A stretch of 62,998 nt of DNA, the filler included, from Octopus bimaculoides (lineage: Eukaryota): the NCBI RefSeq assembly GCF_001194135.2. It is 5 parts of 5 records of this genome, joined end to end, with 100 filler letters (N's around TTAATTAATTAA, not from the genome) between each part and the next. Parts side by side here need not be neighbours in the genome. Positions count along the whole stretch, not along the records: positions 1 to 15,288 come from NC_068984.1; 4 more parts are not named here. One strand, written 5' to 3'. The notes below the pieces were generated by a model. It was not told the origin of the DNA, did no database searches, and worked only from the letters and a program-made list of their open reading frames with translations. The position numbers and the translations under genes are program-made. Positions 1 to 12,974 of the stretch are shown one piece after another. Position 1 is the stretch's first letter. Each line of letters starts with the position of its first letter.

Positions 1-156
1 CTCTGCAAGTAGTTAAATCTTTTTTTGACTAAAACACAACTGGAACCCTAAGTAAGGCATGTGTAAAATTTGAATGAAATTGGTTGTGTAGTTCTCGAGT
101 TTTACGGATTCACACAGACAGACAGACACACATTCTCATTTTTATATATATATAGA
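1..156 (-). mobile_element. 5' terminus of a non-autonomous Helitron-like element (extends out of window)
   Basis: Minus strand reads A|TCTATATATATAAAAATGAGAATGTGTGTCTGTCTGTCTG, the TC start plus AT-rich/(GTCT)n leader typical of animal non-autonomous Helitrons. Confidence 0.5.
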
Positions 157-396
157 TAGATATAACCTTACTTATACATATATAAACAAGTATACACAAT
201 CATATTGACACTCACACACGCTCTGGATGTTACCCCACTCGGATTTACGGTTGAGAGAGGGTTTGTACTCCTGTATACAGACAGCTTCTGTGACCTGTCT
301 CAGCATTGCATCAGTGGGATGTGTGGACAAGATGTTTAATTTAAGACTCCCTAAGGAGCCCTTGTGGCAGTCTACAGCATGCTGATAGAAGCTATT

Positions 397-812
397 GGAG
401 TAGGGATCGACGGTGATGTTGCTAACCTCTTCATGGTATGGTGGGACAGAAAATTTAAACAGTGCTTAGCGACCCGTAACATACACTTAACTATGTACTG
501 TCGATACGTTGACGACATTAACCTTGTCGTGAAATGTAAGAATGATACAAATAAACATACAGATAAGAACACTCCACTAAAAGAGGAACAGGTAATGACA
601 GCTATACAACACATAGCTGACTCTATCCATAGCAGTATAAAGGTTACCGTATACTACCCCTCAAAACACCCCAGTAATAGGCTACCCGTCCTAGATACTG
701 AGCTATGGATGGAAAATACTATGATGGATGGATATGTTAAATCCTGTCTACTCCACTCACAGTACTCTAAACCTATGGCTAATCCACTGGTAACCCGTAG
801 TGACTCTGCTAT
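397..812 (+). mobile_element. Penelope-like element reverse transcriptase fragment
   Basis: Translation IGVGIDGDVANLFMVWWDRKF...MYCRYVDDINLVV...LPVLDTELWM...YSKPMANPLV contains the RT YVDD motif and PLE-type flanking motifs; truncated by an N gap. Confidence 0.75.
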
Positions 813-1663
813 NNNNNNNNNNNNNNNNNNNNNNNNNNNNNNNNNNNNNNNNNNNNNNNNNNNNNNNNNNNNNNNNNNNNNNNNNNNNNNNNNNNNNNNN
901 NNNNNNNNNNNNGTCCTTTGCTTATATAATTTTATAATTCAAATATAAATTGCGTGTGCGTTTCTTCTTCCATTCCGTCTTTTAATAATTTTTTCAGATT
1001 CATTTATTTTTCGGTTTTATTCTTTCACGGCCTCCCCCATCTCTCTCTCTCTCTCTCTCTTTCGCTCTCTCTTTCGCTCTCTTTCGGTCTCTCTCTTCAT
1101 TTCTATCATTTTGTTTTTTTCAATCTTTCAATGTTTACGTGTGTGTGAATGTGTGAGTCCCGGAATATTTCAACATTTGCGTATAATTTGCTATAAGTGT
1201 TAGTGAATAATTTTCTGTTTTAGCGTACTAGATTCTGTGAGTTTATAGAATTCTGAATACGTCAGGGACCTATGTGAAGAAGCAGCCGTCTATGAAATTA
1301 GATTTCGTGTCTAAATAAATATAATTACTGAGTTTGTAAAAAAAATAAATATGGCTTCACACCAAATTCGTTGTCCAAACCTGACGTGAGAATCGATCAA
1401 TGTACACTCGTGATTGTCTGATCCGTGTGTAAAGAAATATTTACTCAGAGAATGCGTGGCCTAAAGCACAGGCATGTGCGCGCGCTCTCACACTCACACA
1501 CACCCACATACATATATATCTACACACACATACACACACAAACGCTCAGGCATATGTATCTATCTATCTTGCTACTAATATCTATCAATATATCTATCTA
1601 CATTTAGATCTCTCTCTCTCTCTCTATCTATCTATATATATGTATATATAGATAGATCTATCT

Positions 1664-1721
<58 letters not shown>

Positions 1722-1740
1722 GTAGATAAATATATATACA

Positions 1741-2101
1741 TGTTGGCACTCCGTCGCTTACGACGTCAAGGGTTCCAGTTGATCCGATCAACGGAACAGC
1801 CTGCTCGTGAAATTAACGTGCAATGCCTGAGCACTCACAGACACGTGTACCCTTAACGTGATATTCAGCGTGACACAGTGTGACGCTTTGAATTAGAGGC
1901 ACAGCAGAAACAGGAAGTGAGAGTGAGAGAAAGTTGTGGTGAAAGAGTACAGCAGGGTTCGCCACCATCCCCCGCCGGAGCCTCGTGGAGCTTTAGGTGT
2001 TTTCGCTCAATAAACAATCACAACGCCCGGTCTCGGAATTGAAACCGCGATCCAATTACCGCGAGTCCGCTGATCTAACGACTGGGCCATTACGCCTCCA
2101 C
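1741..2101 (-). mobile_element. tRNA-headed SINE, family A (head-1)
   Basis: Minus strand starts GTGGAGGCGTAATGGCCCAGTCGTTAG (A box) ... GGTTTCAATTCC (B box) and ends ...GGAGTGCCAACA; near-identical copies at 41623-42011 and 59848-60235. Confidence 0.85.
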
Positions 2102-2244
2102 TATATATATATATATATATAGATGGATGGATGGACAGACAGATAGACAGACAGACTTACAGAGAGATAGATAGATAGATAGATACATACATATATAGAT
2201 ATATAGATATATAGGTAGGTAGGTAGGTAGGTAGGTAGGTAGGT

Positions 2245-2331
<87 letters not shown>

Positions 2332-3530
2332 CAGACATACAGGCAGACAGATAGATAGATAGATACATAGATAGATTCATTTCGATTATCGATAAACGAA
2401 CATGTTTTATAATGTCAGCTCCAAAATATTCTCTTCTGTCAGATGTACATCAGTTCTCGAGCTGAGAAATTTAATAGATTGCTCTTCCTTTTTCTCCATC
2501 CGAGAAGTAATTATCAGACATATTGAGTGGCGTTTATGTTTTAGGTTGAGTTTTATGCTGAGTCTATGATTCTCAAGAATTCATATTGGAGTATTTTTTA
2601 ACAGTCTTTCAACAGACTATTGAGTCCTGATTTCAATATTTAGAAAAATACATCAGACTGATTCAGTTTAATTTAGATTCCTAAATTTGAATAATTTATC
2701 AGCGAAAGCAATGGAATGTAACTATCTATTATTTCATTATATCATCTTCATGAAATTAAACCTGTTCCTACTTTAATCCACACTTTTGTTTGTTTTCTTT
2801 TTATCTCTGTAACATTTCACAAAGTAATAAATCACAATTGTCACCAAATATGTGGCTTCCTACTGAGACTTGTGAAATATATTCTGAATCTTCGGCTAGC
2901 ATCCACAGGGAAAATCTTAACACATACATATCGCTGTTACTGTTTGTAATTATAGATTGTTTGTATAAATTGACGGCATGCGAGGCCTGTTAGATAATAC
3001 GTCTTGAACAATAACACCAGGATAAAACACACACACAACCACACACAAAAATACACAATCACATACATACAAATTAGCATATGTATATATTACCCTCTCA
3101 CGATAGCGGCAGCAGCTGTAAACGAAAGACGCCATTATGTAAATCCTTATAATTTTCATACAACATTTCATTGAGACAACAGGAGGACAAGCACTTACAT
3201 ATAGTATTAAATCAATTATAAAAAGATGTTACATAACCGTAAGCATACACATTTGAGGAAGGAAAATACGGTTCTTGACACTCTTTACAGCTGTTTCAAA
3301 AACTATGTGGATGTTTCTCGCATTATTCTGCAGTGCGCAACAGGCAATAATGGCATCGTAATACACATTAAAAAGGTAGAAATTCTTATCAACACAAACA
3401 GTATTAGCACACAGACACGAATCTGTTAAAACGGGACGTGTCTAAGCATCGATTTTTTTTTTCGGTAGAAGTTGTCACCACATTACAATAACATAATTAG
3501 TTTATGTGTTGTTAGGAATTTGATGAGTAT

Positions 3531-3930
3531 AGGCGCAGCTGTGGCTGTGTAGTAAGTAGCTTTCTTACCAACCACATGGTTCCGGGTTCAGTCCCACTGC
3601 GTGGCATCTTGGGCATGTGTCTTCTACTATAGCCTCGGGCCGACCAAAGTCTTGTGAGTGGATTTGGTAGACGGAAACTGAAGGAAGCCCGTCGTATATA
3701 TGTATATATATATATGTGTGTGTGTGTGTGTTTGTGTGTCTGTTTTCCCCTAGAATTGCTTGACATCCGATGCTGGTGTATTTATGTCCCCGTAACTTAG
3801 CGGTTCGGCAAAAGAGACCGATATAATAAGTACTAGGCTTACAAATAATAAGTCCCGGGGTCGGATTTGCTCGACTAAAGGCGGTGCTCCAGCATTGCCG
3901 CAGTCAAATGACTGAAACAACTGAAAGAGT
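3531..3930 (+). mobile_element. tRNA-headed SINE, family B, full length with internal (TA)/(TG) microsatellite
   Basis: GGCGCAGCTGTGGCTGTGTAGTAAG (A-box-like) ... GGTTCAGTCCC (B-box-like), central microsatellite, 3' module ending GACTGAAACAA; many other copies in window. Confidence 0.8.
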
Positions 3931-4526
3931 ATAATTGCATCAGCAATCAGACTGTATGTTTGTTTGCGTAATAACGATTAATGCATCAATCACACGCAGA
4001 TGTAAAGACTTTTTGAAGCGACTATATTTTTTCTATGCCAAATATATTTATGATTACGCTTATGTAATATACATTATAAACAATTTTATCTCATGTATGT
4101 GTGTCCAATTTTCCGCTGTCCATTATATAGTAGATCCTTGTCTTTCTTGTAGCCAATTTGGCAGAACAATTTTTCCCCAGTTTAGGTTGTTGGGCTTTAA
4201 TAATCTGGAATATTCCTTGCCCTAAGCCGACATTCATATGATCTACGCATCTCTTCTAACGCATTGTATGCATACACAACACAAACACTGATATATATAT
4301 ATATATGTGTGTGTGTACATTGTATTACCTTATACTATATCATATACTTGATTTTATATCTGAATATACATGTATGTATGGGATATATACATGCATACAC
4401 CTCTCTCTAATTGTCTCTCTCCCCCTCTTTTTCTCTCTCTCTCTTTATATATATATATGTATGTATATATATATTATTTACATTATTTACATTTGTCGGA
4501 TATTTGTCCTCATCTTGTTTCTTGTT

Positions 4527-4572
4527 AACACAACCTTTCGGCTGATATACCCTCCAGCCTTCGTCAGGTGTC
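4527..4572 (-). ncRNA. Second copy of the hammerhead-like motif (other PLE terminal repeat)
   Basis: Reverse complement is identical to 7295-7340. Confidence 0.7.
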
Positions 4573-4616
4573 TTGGCGACATTTCGAACCTGGGTTCTCA
4601 TTCCTAACGATGTTAC

Positions 4617-4652
<36 letters not shown>

Positions 4653-4661
4653 TATTAATCA

Positions 4662-4734
4662 GGTCACTGCCGTGAATCGAACTCGGAACCTTGGGGTTAG
4701 TAGCCCGCGCTCTTAACCACTACGCCATATGCCC
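4662..4734 (-). promoter_or_regulatory. tRNA-like sequence with Pol III A and B boxes inside the PLE 3' terminal repeat
   Basis: 73 nt GGGCATATGGCGTAGTGGTTAAGAGCGCGGGCTACTAACCCCAAGGTTCCGAGTTCGATTCACGGCAGTGACC; A box TGGCGTAGTGG, B box GAGTTCGATTC, imperfect cloverleaf. Confidence 0.75.
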
Positions 4735-5529
4735 GTAGGCAATTATGGGGTGAATTTTAAGGCTTATAAATCTATTATTTTTCTNNNNNNNNNNNNNNNN
4801 NNNNNNNNNNNNNNNNNNNNNNNNNNNNNNNNNNNNNNNNNNNNNNNNNNNNNNNNNNNNNNNNNNNNNNNNNNNNNNNNNNNNNNNNNNNNNNNNNNNN
4901 NNNNNNNNNNNNNNNNNNNNNNNNNNNNNNNNNNNNNNNNNNNNNNNNNNNNNNNNNNNNNNNNNNNNNNNNNNNNNNNNNNNNNNNNNNNNNNNNNNNN
5001 NNNNNNNNNNNNNNNNNNNNNNNNNNNNNNNNNNNNNNNNNNNNNNNNNNNNNNNNNNNNNNNNNNNNNNNNNNNNNNNNNNNNNNNNNNNNNNNNNNNN
5101 NNNNNNNNNNNNNNNNNNNNNNNNNNNNNNNNNNNNNNNNNNNNNNNNNNNNNNNNNNNNNNNNNNNNNNNNNNNNNNNNNNNNNNNNNNNNNNNNNNNN
5201 NNNNNNNNNNNNNNNNNNNNNNNNNNNNNNNNNNNNNNNNNNNNNNNNNNNNNNNNNNNNNNNNNNNNNNNNNNNNNNNNNNNNNNNNNNNNNNNNNNNN
5301 NNNNNNNNNNNNNNNNNNNNNNNNNNNNNNNNNNNNNNNNNNNNNNNNNNNNNNNNNNNNNNNNNNNNNNNNNNNNNNNNNNNNNNNNNNNNNNNNNNNN
5401 NNNNNNNNNNNNNNNNNNNNNNNNNNNNNNNNNNNNNNNNNNNNNNNNNNNNNNNNNNNNNNNNNNNNNNNNNNNNNNNNNNNNNNNNNNNNNNNNNNNN
5501 NNNNNNNNNNNNNNNNNNNNNNNNNNNNN

Positions 5530-6517
5530 NGAAGTATTCCACGTATATATTGGCTATTATCGGTGATAATGGCGAACCCATAGCTAAACCCTCTCTCTGT
5601 CGATATATATCAGTGTCCATACTGAAGTAGGTAGTTTCTACACAGAAAGTCAACATTTCCATCAAGTTTGTTATTGGTATACTAGTGTGTTCTTTTAGAT
5701 GGGTGTCTGTCACTAGTTTTTCTTGAATCACCGATAGTGCTTCACCATTTGGGACTTTGCTGAATAGACTTATCACATCTAGGCTCACCATCTGGTCGGA
5801 TTCAATGGGGGTATCCGTGATCAATTCTGTGAAGTGGGTGGAATTCTTCACGTATGATGTTGACTTTCCTGCTAATGGACTGATTATATCCACCAAGAAG
5901 CGGCTCAGTGGATGACATGCTGAACGTCTACAGCTCACTATATTTCTTAGTGGAATACCTTCCTTGTGAATCTTAGGGAGACCGTACATGTGTGGTAGTT
6001 TACTGTAGTGTTGAGTCAGCTGTCTGTACTTCATTGGTGTGAAGTGATCCTTGGTCTTGATCAAGATCTGTGACAACTTCCTCTCTGTTTTCAGAGTTGG
6101 GTCTTTCTTTACTCTACTGTAGCTACCGTCACTTATAAGACTTGCCAATATTTCGGAGTAGTCAGACTTGTTCATCACCACTGTAGCATTTCCCTTGTCC
6201 GCTGGGAGAACTATGATGGAAGTGTCTCCTTGTAGCCTTTTGATAGCGAACTTTTCTTCCTTAGTGATGTTTGGTTTGGGAAGTTTCGCTTTCTCCAGTA
6301 CCTGTCTCACCTTCCACCTTAGTTCATCTCCCTTAGCTTTCGGTATCTTTACCGCTATCTCTTCAATAGGGGCTATTATCTCCAAGTATGGAATGCGCTT
6401 GATGGTTGTCGCAAAGTTGAGACCTGTGTTTAGTACGGCTTCTTCGGAGTCTTCCAGACGTCGGCTACTTCCATTAATCACTGCTTTCACAGGTGGGTGA
6501 TGGACTTCAGTCTTCAT
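5530..6517 (-). CDS. Penelope-like RT, N-terminal and palm region (uninterrupted ~329 codons, continues into gap)
   Basis: Motifs VLNTGLNFA, LPADKGNATVVM, YGLPKIHKEGIPLRNIVS, SLDVISLF, GLAMGSPLSPIIANIY; no stop codons. Confidence 0.9.
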
Positions 6518-6519
6518 TC

Positions 6520-7134
6520 TCCGACCGTGATACCCACCACGAGGAAATGATCAAGCTCAGTAACAATCTATTAAGAAACAACTACCCCAAGAACATACTA
6601 TCTACTCCAATTACGAAGAAAGGAGTGAATGAAACCAATAAACTGTCTACAGTCTGTCTACCCTATGTGAAAGGCCTCTCCGAAACGATACAAAAGATAT
6701 GCGGCCCATATGACATCAGGGCAGTATTCAAGAGCAATACAACACTTCGCAAATATCTCCTTCGGGTAAAACCACCAACATAAGAGAATATGACCCAAAA
6801 CCGCGTGTACTCCATCCCATGCAGCTGTGGTAGATTATACAAAGGCGAAACATGTCGTCCCCTCAAAATAAGGGTAGAAGAACATCGCAAAGCTGTGACA
6901 CGAGGAGATATTGATAAAGTGGGTATAGCTGATCATGTATGGAAAAATGGAAACCACCTCTCCCTGTGGGATGAAGTTAAAATAATAGACAGGGAACAAC
7001 ACTGGAAAATACGAAAATTAAAAGAAGCAGCACATATGCTAGGACACAACAACTTCCTAAGCAGACCAAGCGCAGATATGAATAGCATATGGGAACCGGT
7101 ATTGGGGAAGGATAGAAAAATAATAGATTTATAA
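6520..7134 (+). pseudogene. Penelope-like linker + GIY-YIG endonuclease (one in-frame TAA at 6781-6783)
   Basis: LPYVKGLSETIQKI...VYSIPCSCGRLYKGETCRPLKIRVEEH...KLKEAAH; supplied ORFs 6493-6783 and 6790-7134 are in the same frame, separated by one stop. Confidence 0.9.
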
Positions 7135-7294
7135 GCCTTAAAATTCACCCGTAATTGCCCACGGGCAAGGTTCCGAGTTCGATTCACGGCAGCGACCTGA
7201 TTAATAATAGTAATAATAATAATAATTATTATTATTATATAATAATAATAGTAACATCGTTAGGAATGAGAAGCCAGGTTCGAAATTTCGCCAA

Positions 7295-7340
7295 GACACC
7301 TGACGAAGGCTGGAGGGTATATCAGCCGAAAGGTTGTGTT
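7295..7340 (+). ncRNA. Minimal type I hammerhead ribozyme-like motif in PLE terminal repeat
   Basis: GACAC-CTGACGA-A-GGCTG(gagggtatat)CAGCC-GAAA-GGTT-GTGTT: stem I GACAC/GTGTT, core CUGAnGA and GAAA, 5-bp stem II, vestigial stem III. Confidence 0.7.
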
Positions 7341-9479
7341 AACAACAAACAAGATGAGGACAAATATCCGACAAATGTAAATAATTCCTCATCTCTTAAA
7401 TATAGAACTATATATATATATATATATNNNNNNNNNNNNNNNNNNNNNNNNNNNNNNNNNNNNNNNNNNNNNNNNNNNNNNNNNNNNNNNNNNNNNNNNN
7501 NNNNNNNNNNNNNNNNNNNNNNNNNNNNNNNNNNNNNNNNNNNNNNNNNNNNNNNNNNNNNNNNNNNNNNNNNNNNNNNNNNNNNNNNNNNNNNNNNNNN
7601 NNNNNNNNNNNNNNNNNNNGAGCCACATCATACAAGTTACTGTTTTGTTTTGATATTTTCAAAGTATCAAATAGCTATAAAAATACCAAAGAAAATGAAC
7701 TGAAACATTTTATGCCATAAGTTTTCCTGCATTTCTACGAAAAAAATTGTTTAATTTATTTAGACACAAATGAATCTACCACAACAAAAGCGCATCGGAA
7801 TATCCGAAATTCTCTTTACTGCATCGCACCGCAACACAATATTCTTCACAAATAATAAATACTACAGCGATAATAAAAACTTTGAAATGTATCAAGCTTT
7901 ATTTTAAGTATTTTCAAGACAAAATACAAAATACAACTCTTAATTTTACGGTTATTGTACTATGCAATAATGTTAATTTCCTATGTAAGATTGTAAACAA
8001 TATCGAAAGTATAACATGAAACAGCTGCATTCTTTGCTAGGAAGTTAATGTGATGCATTTTTATAACCATACTATAAAGAAATTGGAGAAGCAAAACTGC
8101 AATGAAGTTTGATTGTTCAATGCATTGGCTGCATAATTTAATACATTGCAAAAGTCGTCACAATTTCATGTTCTCAAACACTCAACAATAAAGTCACATG
8201 TGTGTGTATATTATATAACTGAATCTGCAATTTGCTCTGTATATCTATATGAAATTGTGTATGTGTATATGTTCCTGGATGCATAATGCACACTACACGC
8301 ACACAGATAAACATACGCGTCCCATATTATTATACACTAATACAGAAGGAAAATGAAACACGTATAAACACATAAACACGCTTTACCACATACATACACA
8401 CACAAATATGTGTGTGGACATATGTGTTCTTCTGTGATTATAACTTTATACATTTTGTCTAACAATAACGCGTTATGAGTTAGTCGTCAATCGGTACATG
8501 CTTGAGTGAGCGACTACAGTATATTTTACGAAGTGTCGGGAGTTGAGTAATGCAGGTTTTCAAAATGTAACACTTTAGTGTGAAATTTTGTTTTGAAATG
8601 GGAAAACCTTTTGCGGAAATCTTTCTAATGCATCTACAAGTCAATTTGAAAATATGATGAGCTGTGCAGTGCGTCAAGTAATATAAGAACTCTTTTGAAA
8701 ATGATCCTGAAATTTAAACGTGATTATTCTGCAAAATGGTTCCCAGTCTGACTATGAGCTCACAAAAACGTAACTATAAATTTTGGCATCATATAAGTGT
8801 AAACATAGGGATAAAGATGAATCATCTGGCAGCAAGGTTTATTCTTTTCCACTGACTAAAGCAAAAGCCTTCTGGACATCTAACTGAGTGAGGGTGAGAG
8901 AGAATGTAGAAGAGAGAGAGAGAGAGAGAATGTAGAAGAGAGATAGAGAGAGCGAGAGAGAGAGAGAAAAGAGAGAGACCACAGATAGAAAGACATGAAA
9001 AAAAAAAATAGGATCGTTTATGCTATACATGAAATGAAATCTATTTCAAATAATGCGTAACTAAGTCAAAGCTTAGGGAGACAATTAGATTAAAGATATA
9101 AAATTCGGTAAAATGAAAGTAAATGAAGGCATATATGCGCTGGAAATGATTTATGCACCGTGTGCGTCTTATAATAATTATTTAACTGGCATGAGTAAAC
9201 AAAAAATTAATTAAGTATTAAGCTTTAATAATTGCAAACGAAACAGTCCTCTTCTTAATTACACCGGCAATATATCAAATCATTAATAAACGAATTTTGA
9301 ATAAATTGTTTATCCCCATATGCCAGAGACAAATAATTATGCAAATTACATTTATTTAAATAGAGGGTGCGAGAGATATTTGAGAACATATTTGATAATT
9401 TAATAAAGAACACTAACCTAGCAAAAACCAAAAGAATTTTCATAAAAATGACTAAATTTTCTTGATACGTTTTCTTAGA

Positions 9480-9990
9480 TGATTACGCTATGCATTTACG
9501 TCCTGCTTCAATGACTGCCTCATTGCAGGATCGAAACATTTACCTTACCTTCACTATATGATCCTCATACATTTCGAACGTGAACTGGACGATGACAGCC
9601 ATCGATGAAGCAATTGTATTGTGAAGATGTCGAGTAGTCTCTCTTTCAACAATACTCCAAAATCTTTCGTTCAAGGGGTTTAGATCTGTCGAGGCTGGAG
9701 GCCATAACCTCGGTATTATATGATTGTAAAGATTGTCTGGCAACCATATTGAGCGACGTGGCTTTTGTGAGGTGTAGAGTCATGTTGAAACACGCATAGC
9801 TTTTCACTGCGCACTTCATCTGGGCAGGGGCTAACAGCTGTCATCACCACCTCAACATATTGAGCAGCATTGATTGCAAGACCGCGTGAAAAGATATAAG
9901 GAACCTTCACATATCCGTCGTTACTCACAAATTTGGTGTGAATCACTCTGGGAATAGCAGAAATATAACATGTTTTTAATAGATACTAAG
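9480..9990 (-). mobile_element. Decayed Tc1/mariner-superfamily transposase fragment (maT/DD37D-like)
   Basis: Frameshifted translations CVFQHDSTPHKSH and LWPPASTDLNPLNERFWSIVERET match the FQQD.AP.H and WPP.SPDLNP.D..W motifs. Confidence 0.7.
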
Positions 9991-10360
9991 ACAAGATACC
10001 TGCATTCTTCATGAAGAAGCTCGCTTTGCAACCACATGTGCGACCCTTTCAACAAGTGTCTTCCACTCCTGTCCCAGGCCAACCAATGTATAGAGGGTGA
10101 ATGTGAAGGACAGAATCACATAGAAACACGTAGAAACACGTAGTCATATAAAGATGATTGCGTGTCTATATTGGCGATTTTTTTTCTCAGTCTTCCCTTC
10201 TTTGTACTTTTTATATATTTTTTATGAAGAGCTCCACTCGAAACGCGAAATCCTCTTTCTTTTCTGTCCTTCCCTGAGGAAGTACTTGTTCCACGTCCTT
10301 GTATTATTGTTTTTTTCTTTCTTGTTCTTGTTTGGATTGACTCTCTCTCTCTCTCTCTCT

Positions 10361-10403
<43 letters not shown>

Positions 10404-12974
10404 CATGTACGTTTGTGCATGTGTATGTGCCTTTGTGATAGTGTGTCCCTCACCAGCACTTGATCACTTCTGTGTGTTTGTTTACATTCCCATAACCTAG
10501 AGGCTTATCTAAAGGCATCGAGAAAACAAGCACCAGACCTAAAAATAACGCCGGTGTCAATGTCTTCGAGTAGGCCCGTTGTGTAATAAATATTTGAAAT
10601 AATAAGAGGATAGCTTATGAAAAATATGTGAAGTTGCTCTTAATGTCACAGGTCTCTGCACCTTTTAACCTGAAATCTGAACTGCCATATTGCTGCCACC
10701 GCTACATATTTCCTCTAAGGAAGAGGTTTTGATATTCACTGAACCACAAAATAAACGCAAGAACCACAAAGGAAACGCAACAATATAAAAATGACATTTG
10801 AAAAAACGGCGTTTCTTTTGCGGTTCAGTGTGGATTTTTAAATTCACAGGACTACATCAAGGAAAGCAAGAATGATTTCTCTTATTATATGTTGTGTCAC
10901 TATCCTTCAACTGCCTAGCAACTGCTGCAAAATCATAACAGTCATCCAGAAGTTACTTCAATGGCCTACGCCGAACTGCCTAATTGGAACATTGTTTACG
11001 GATCATCTCAGGGTAATTTGACATATTTCGAAACATGGCTTCCAATCGAAGAAGCCTAATTTTGTCCTTCTGTAAACTATTCGATGCAGTTCTCAAACAA
11101 ATATTGAACTTCCAGAGCATGTATGTAATTGGTAACAATTAACGCTAGGTATTTATTTTATGCATTTACTTGACAGGATTTTCATTTCAGTTGTTTGTAT
11201 ACATACCCAGTCAGCACATCCCTCCTTAAAATATATAATGCAAATGATTCCAGTTATTTCGAGTTATTTCTATTGTCTCATCTAATCTTTTTAGTATACA
11301 AATTATACAGGAAGATCTCCCTTGTAAATTAATTTTCGTTTGTATTTAAAATTTTACAATTGAACAAAGCAGTTTTTTGCACACTAGAATATAATGTTGA
11401 GCTCATATGATAGAGAAACGTGTCCACAGTTGTCCTTTACTGGCAAATAATGATTCCAATTTCCCCATAGCATGTAAATTAATTCTGAAAGATTATTTCT
11501 CGTTTGCAAGATGATAACAATTATCGCTAAAATGATTTGTTTTCTTTCTCTCTTTCAGAGGGGAATTTCAATGATTCCTCTTACATTTATGAAATAAAAT
11601 CGCTACCACTCACTATGAATTAAACTTACAAAAAAAAAAAAACAAAAAGGGAAAAAATTGATTTGATGAGAGAGATAGACAAGTGGAATTGCAGAGTGGT
11701 TGTAATGCACAGAAATTTAATATAAAAATTATGGTATCACATTTGCGGAAAATCAATCAAAAGCGTATTTAGTTACAAATGAGTCAAGATGGAACATGAA
11801 AACAATTTTAATGATGGATCATTGTATTGGATATTGAAAGGATATGACAAAGTGCCATTCTATTCTGGAAAGAGATGTTTTATTGTCTCTGTTACATTAT
11901 TTAGCTGGTACAGGTAATATGTTTTATAATGGAGTTGTCCTTGAATCGCTGCCTTCAAATGAATAAAATGCTGAATTACAAGGAAAATATGGAGTAATGT
12001 CTTCTATCTTTATTACATCGAAAAAATATTTAGTAATTATACGGCAACTTTGTAGGGACATTTATTAATATGTAGAAATATGACAATTTGTACAACTTTA
12101 AAGTAGTCATTTACATATTTTACTAAGAACTCAAAGCACTATATGTTCACTATCTAGTTTTATGTTATAATGTATATTCATAACGAAAACATTTTCTGTA
12201 GTACAATAAGATGCAGTTCCCCATTGCAATGAGGCAAGAAGAAGCAAAGCAGAATTAGAGGAAGCACAGTTTTTGATTAATTTGTTGAGTGACATCACTA
12301 ATAAACATATTTCAATCTAACGTCCAGAAAATAGAGGAAGCCATTGTGCTTACTATGTGTGAACGAATACATATTACTTATGTGTTAAGCATCCGGAAAG
12401 AGGTTATACTATTGAAGATTGTAAGCCATCCCATAGTGGGAAGAAGGAATACGAGGCGAAATCTCAGAAATTAATTGGACAAACACCTACCTAGGAGTTG
12501 CTGAGAACATGTGTGTGTGTGTGTGTGTGTGTGCGTTTGTGTGTGTATGTTATGTATGTATGTTTTTATGTATGTATGTATGTGTGTGTCAATGTCTACT
12601 CTGTCACTGAAATTGGTACTGAAGGCGTGCGACTAAAACATCGAAGCCTCGAGACAGCATTACAACAGGTAGAAATTTACTGACGCGATGTCATTACAAT
12701 ATTTTCCCTGTTACCCACAACCATTTATATATATTTTGATACTAATTTATTTAGTACCAATAAAATTGTAATAAAATGGTTAATATTTGCTTCAATATTT
12801 TTTTAACATAATAAATAAGAATTTTCTATGTTCAGACCAAATGAGTTACGTCAAATATAAGAGTCTCAGCTATAAGTTATATTTTGAAACTATTGCTCGA
12901 AACTTGTTATACAATATTGGTTGTAAATAAGGGAACACGCCAGTAATTTCGTTGCAGAATTTAAGTCTGTAACA

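Larger units (their letters stand above)
4486..7386. mobile_element. Penelope-like retroelement (Poseidon-type) with inverted terminal duplication
   Basis: Minus-strand RT ORF (6517 to 5530) runs into a gap and re-emerges as the 3' end at 4784-4486; a plus-strand linker + GIY-YIG + the same 3' end lies at ~6500-7386; 4486-4784 is the reverse complement of ~7110-7386. Confidence 0.92.

Noticed and set aside
4662-4734. Functional tRNA gene
   Set aside because: Mismatched acceptor and anticodon stems and location inside a retroelement repeat; treated as tRNA-derived.
10919-11012. Possible exon QLLQNHNSHPEVTSMAYAELPNWNIVYGSSQG
   Set aside because: Weak acceptor, no recognisable homology, no partner exons.
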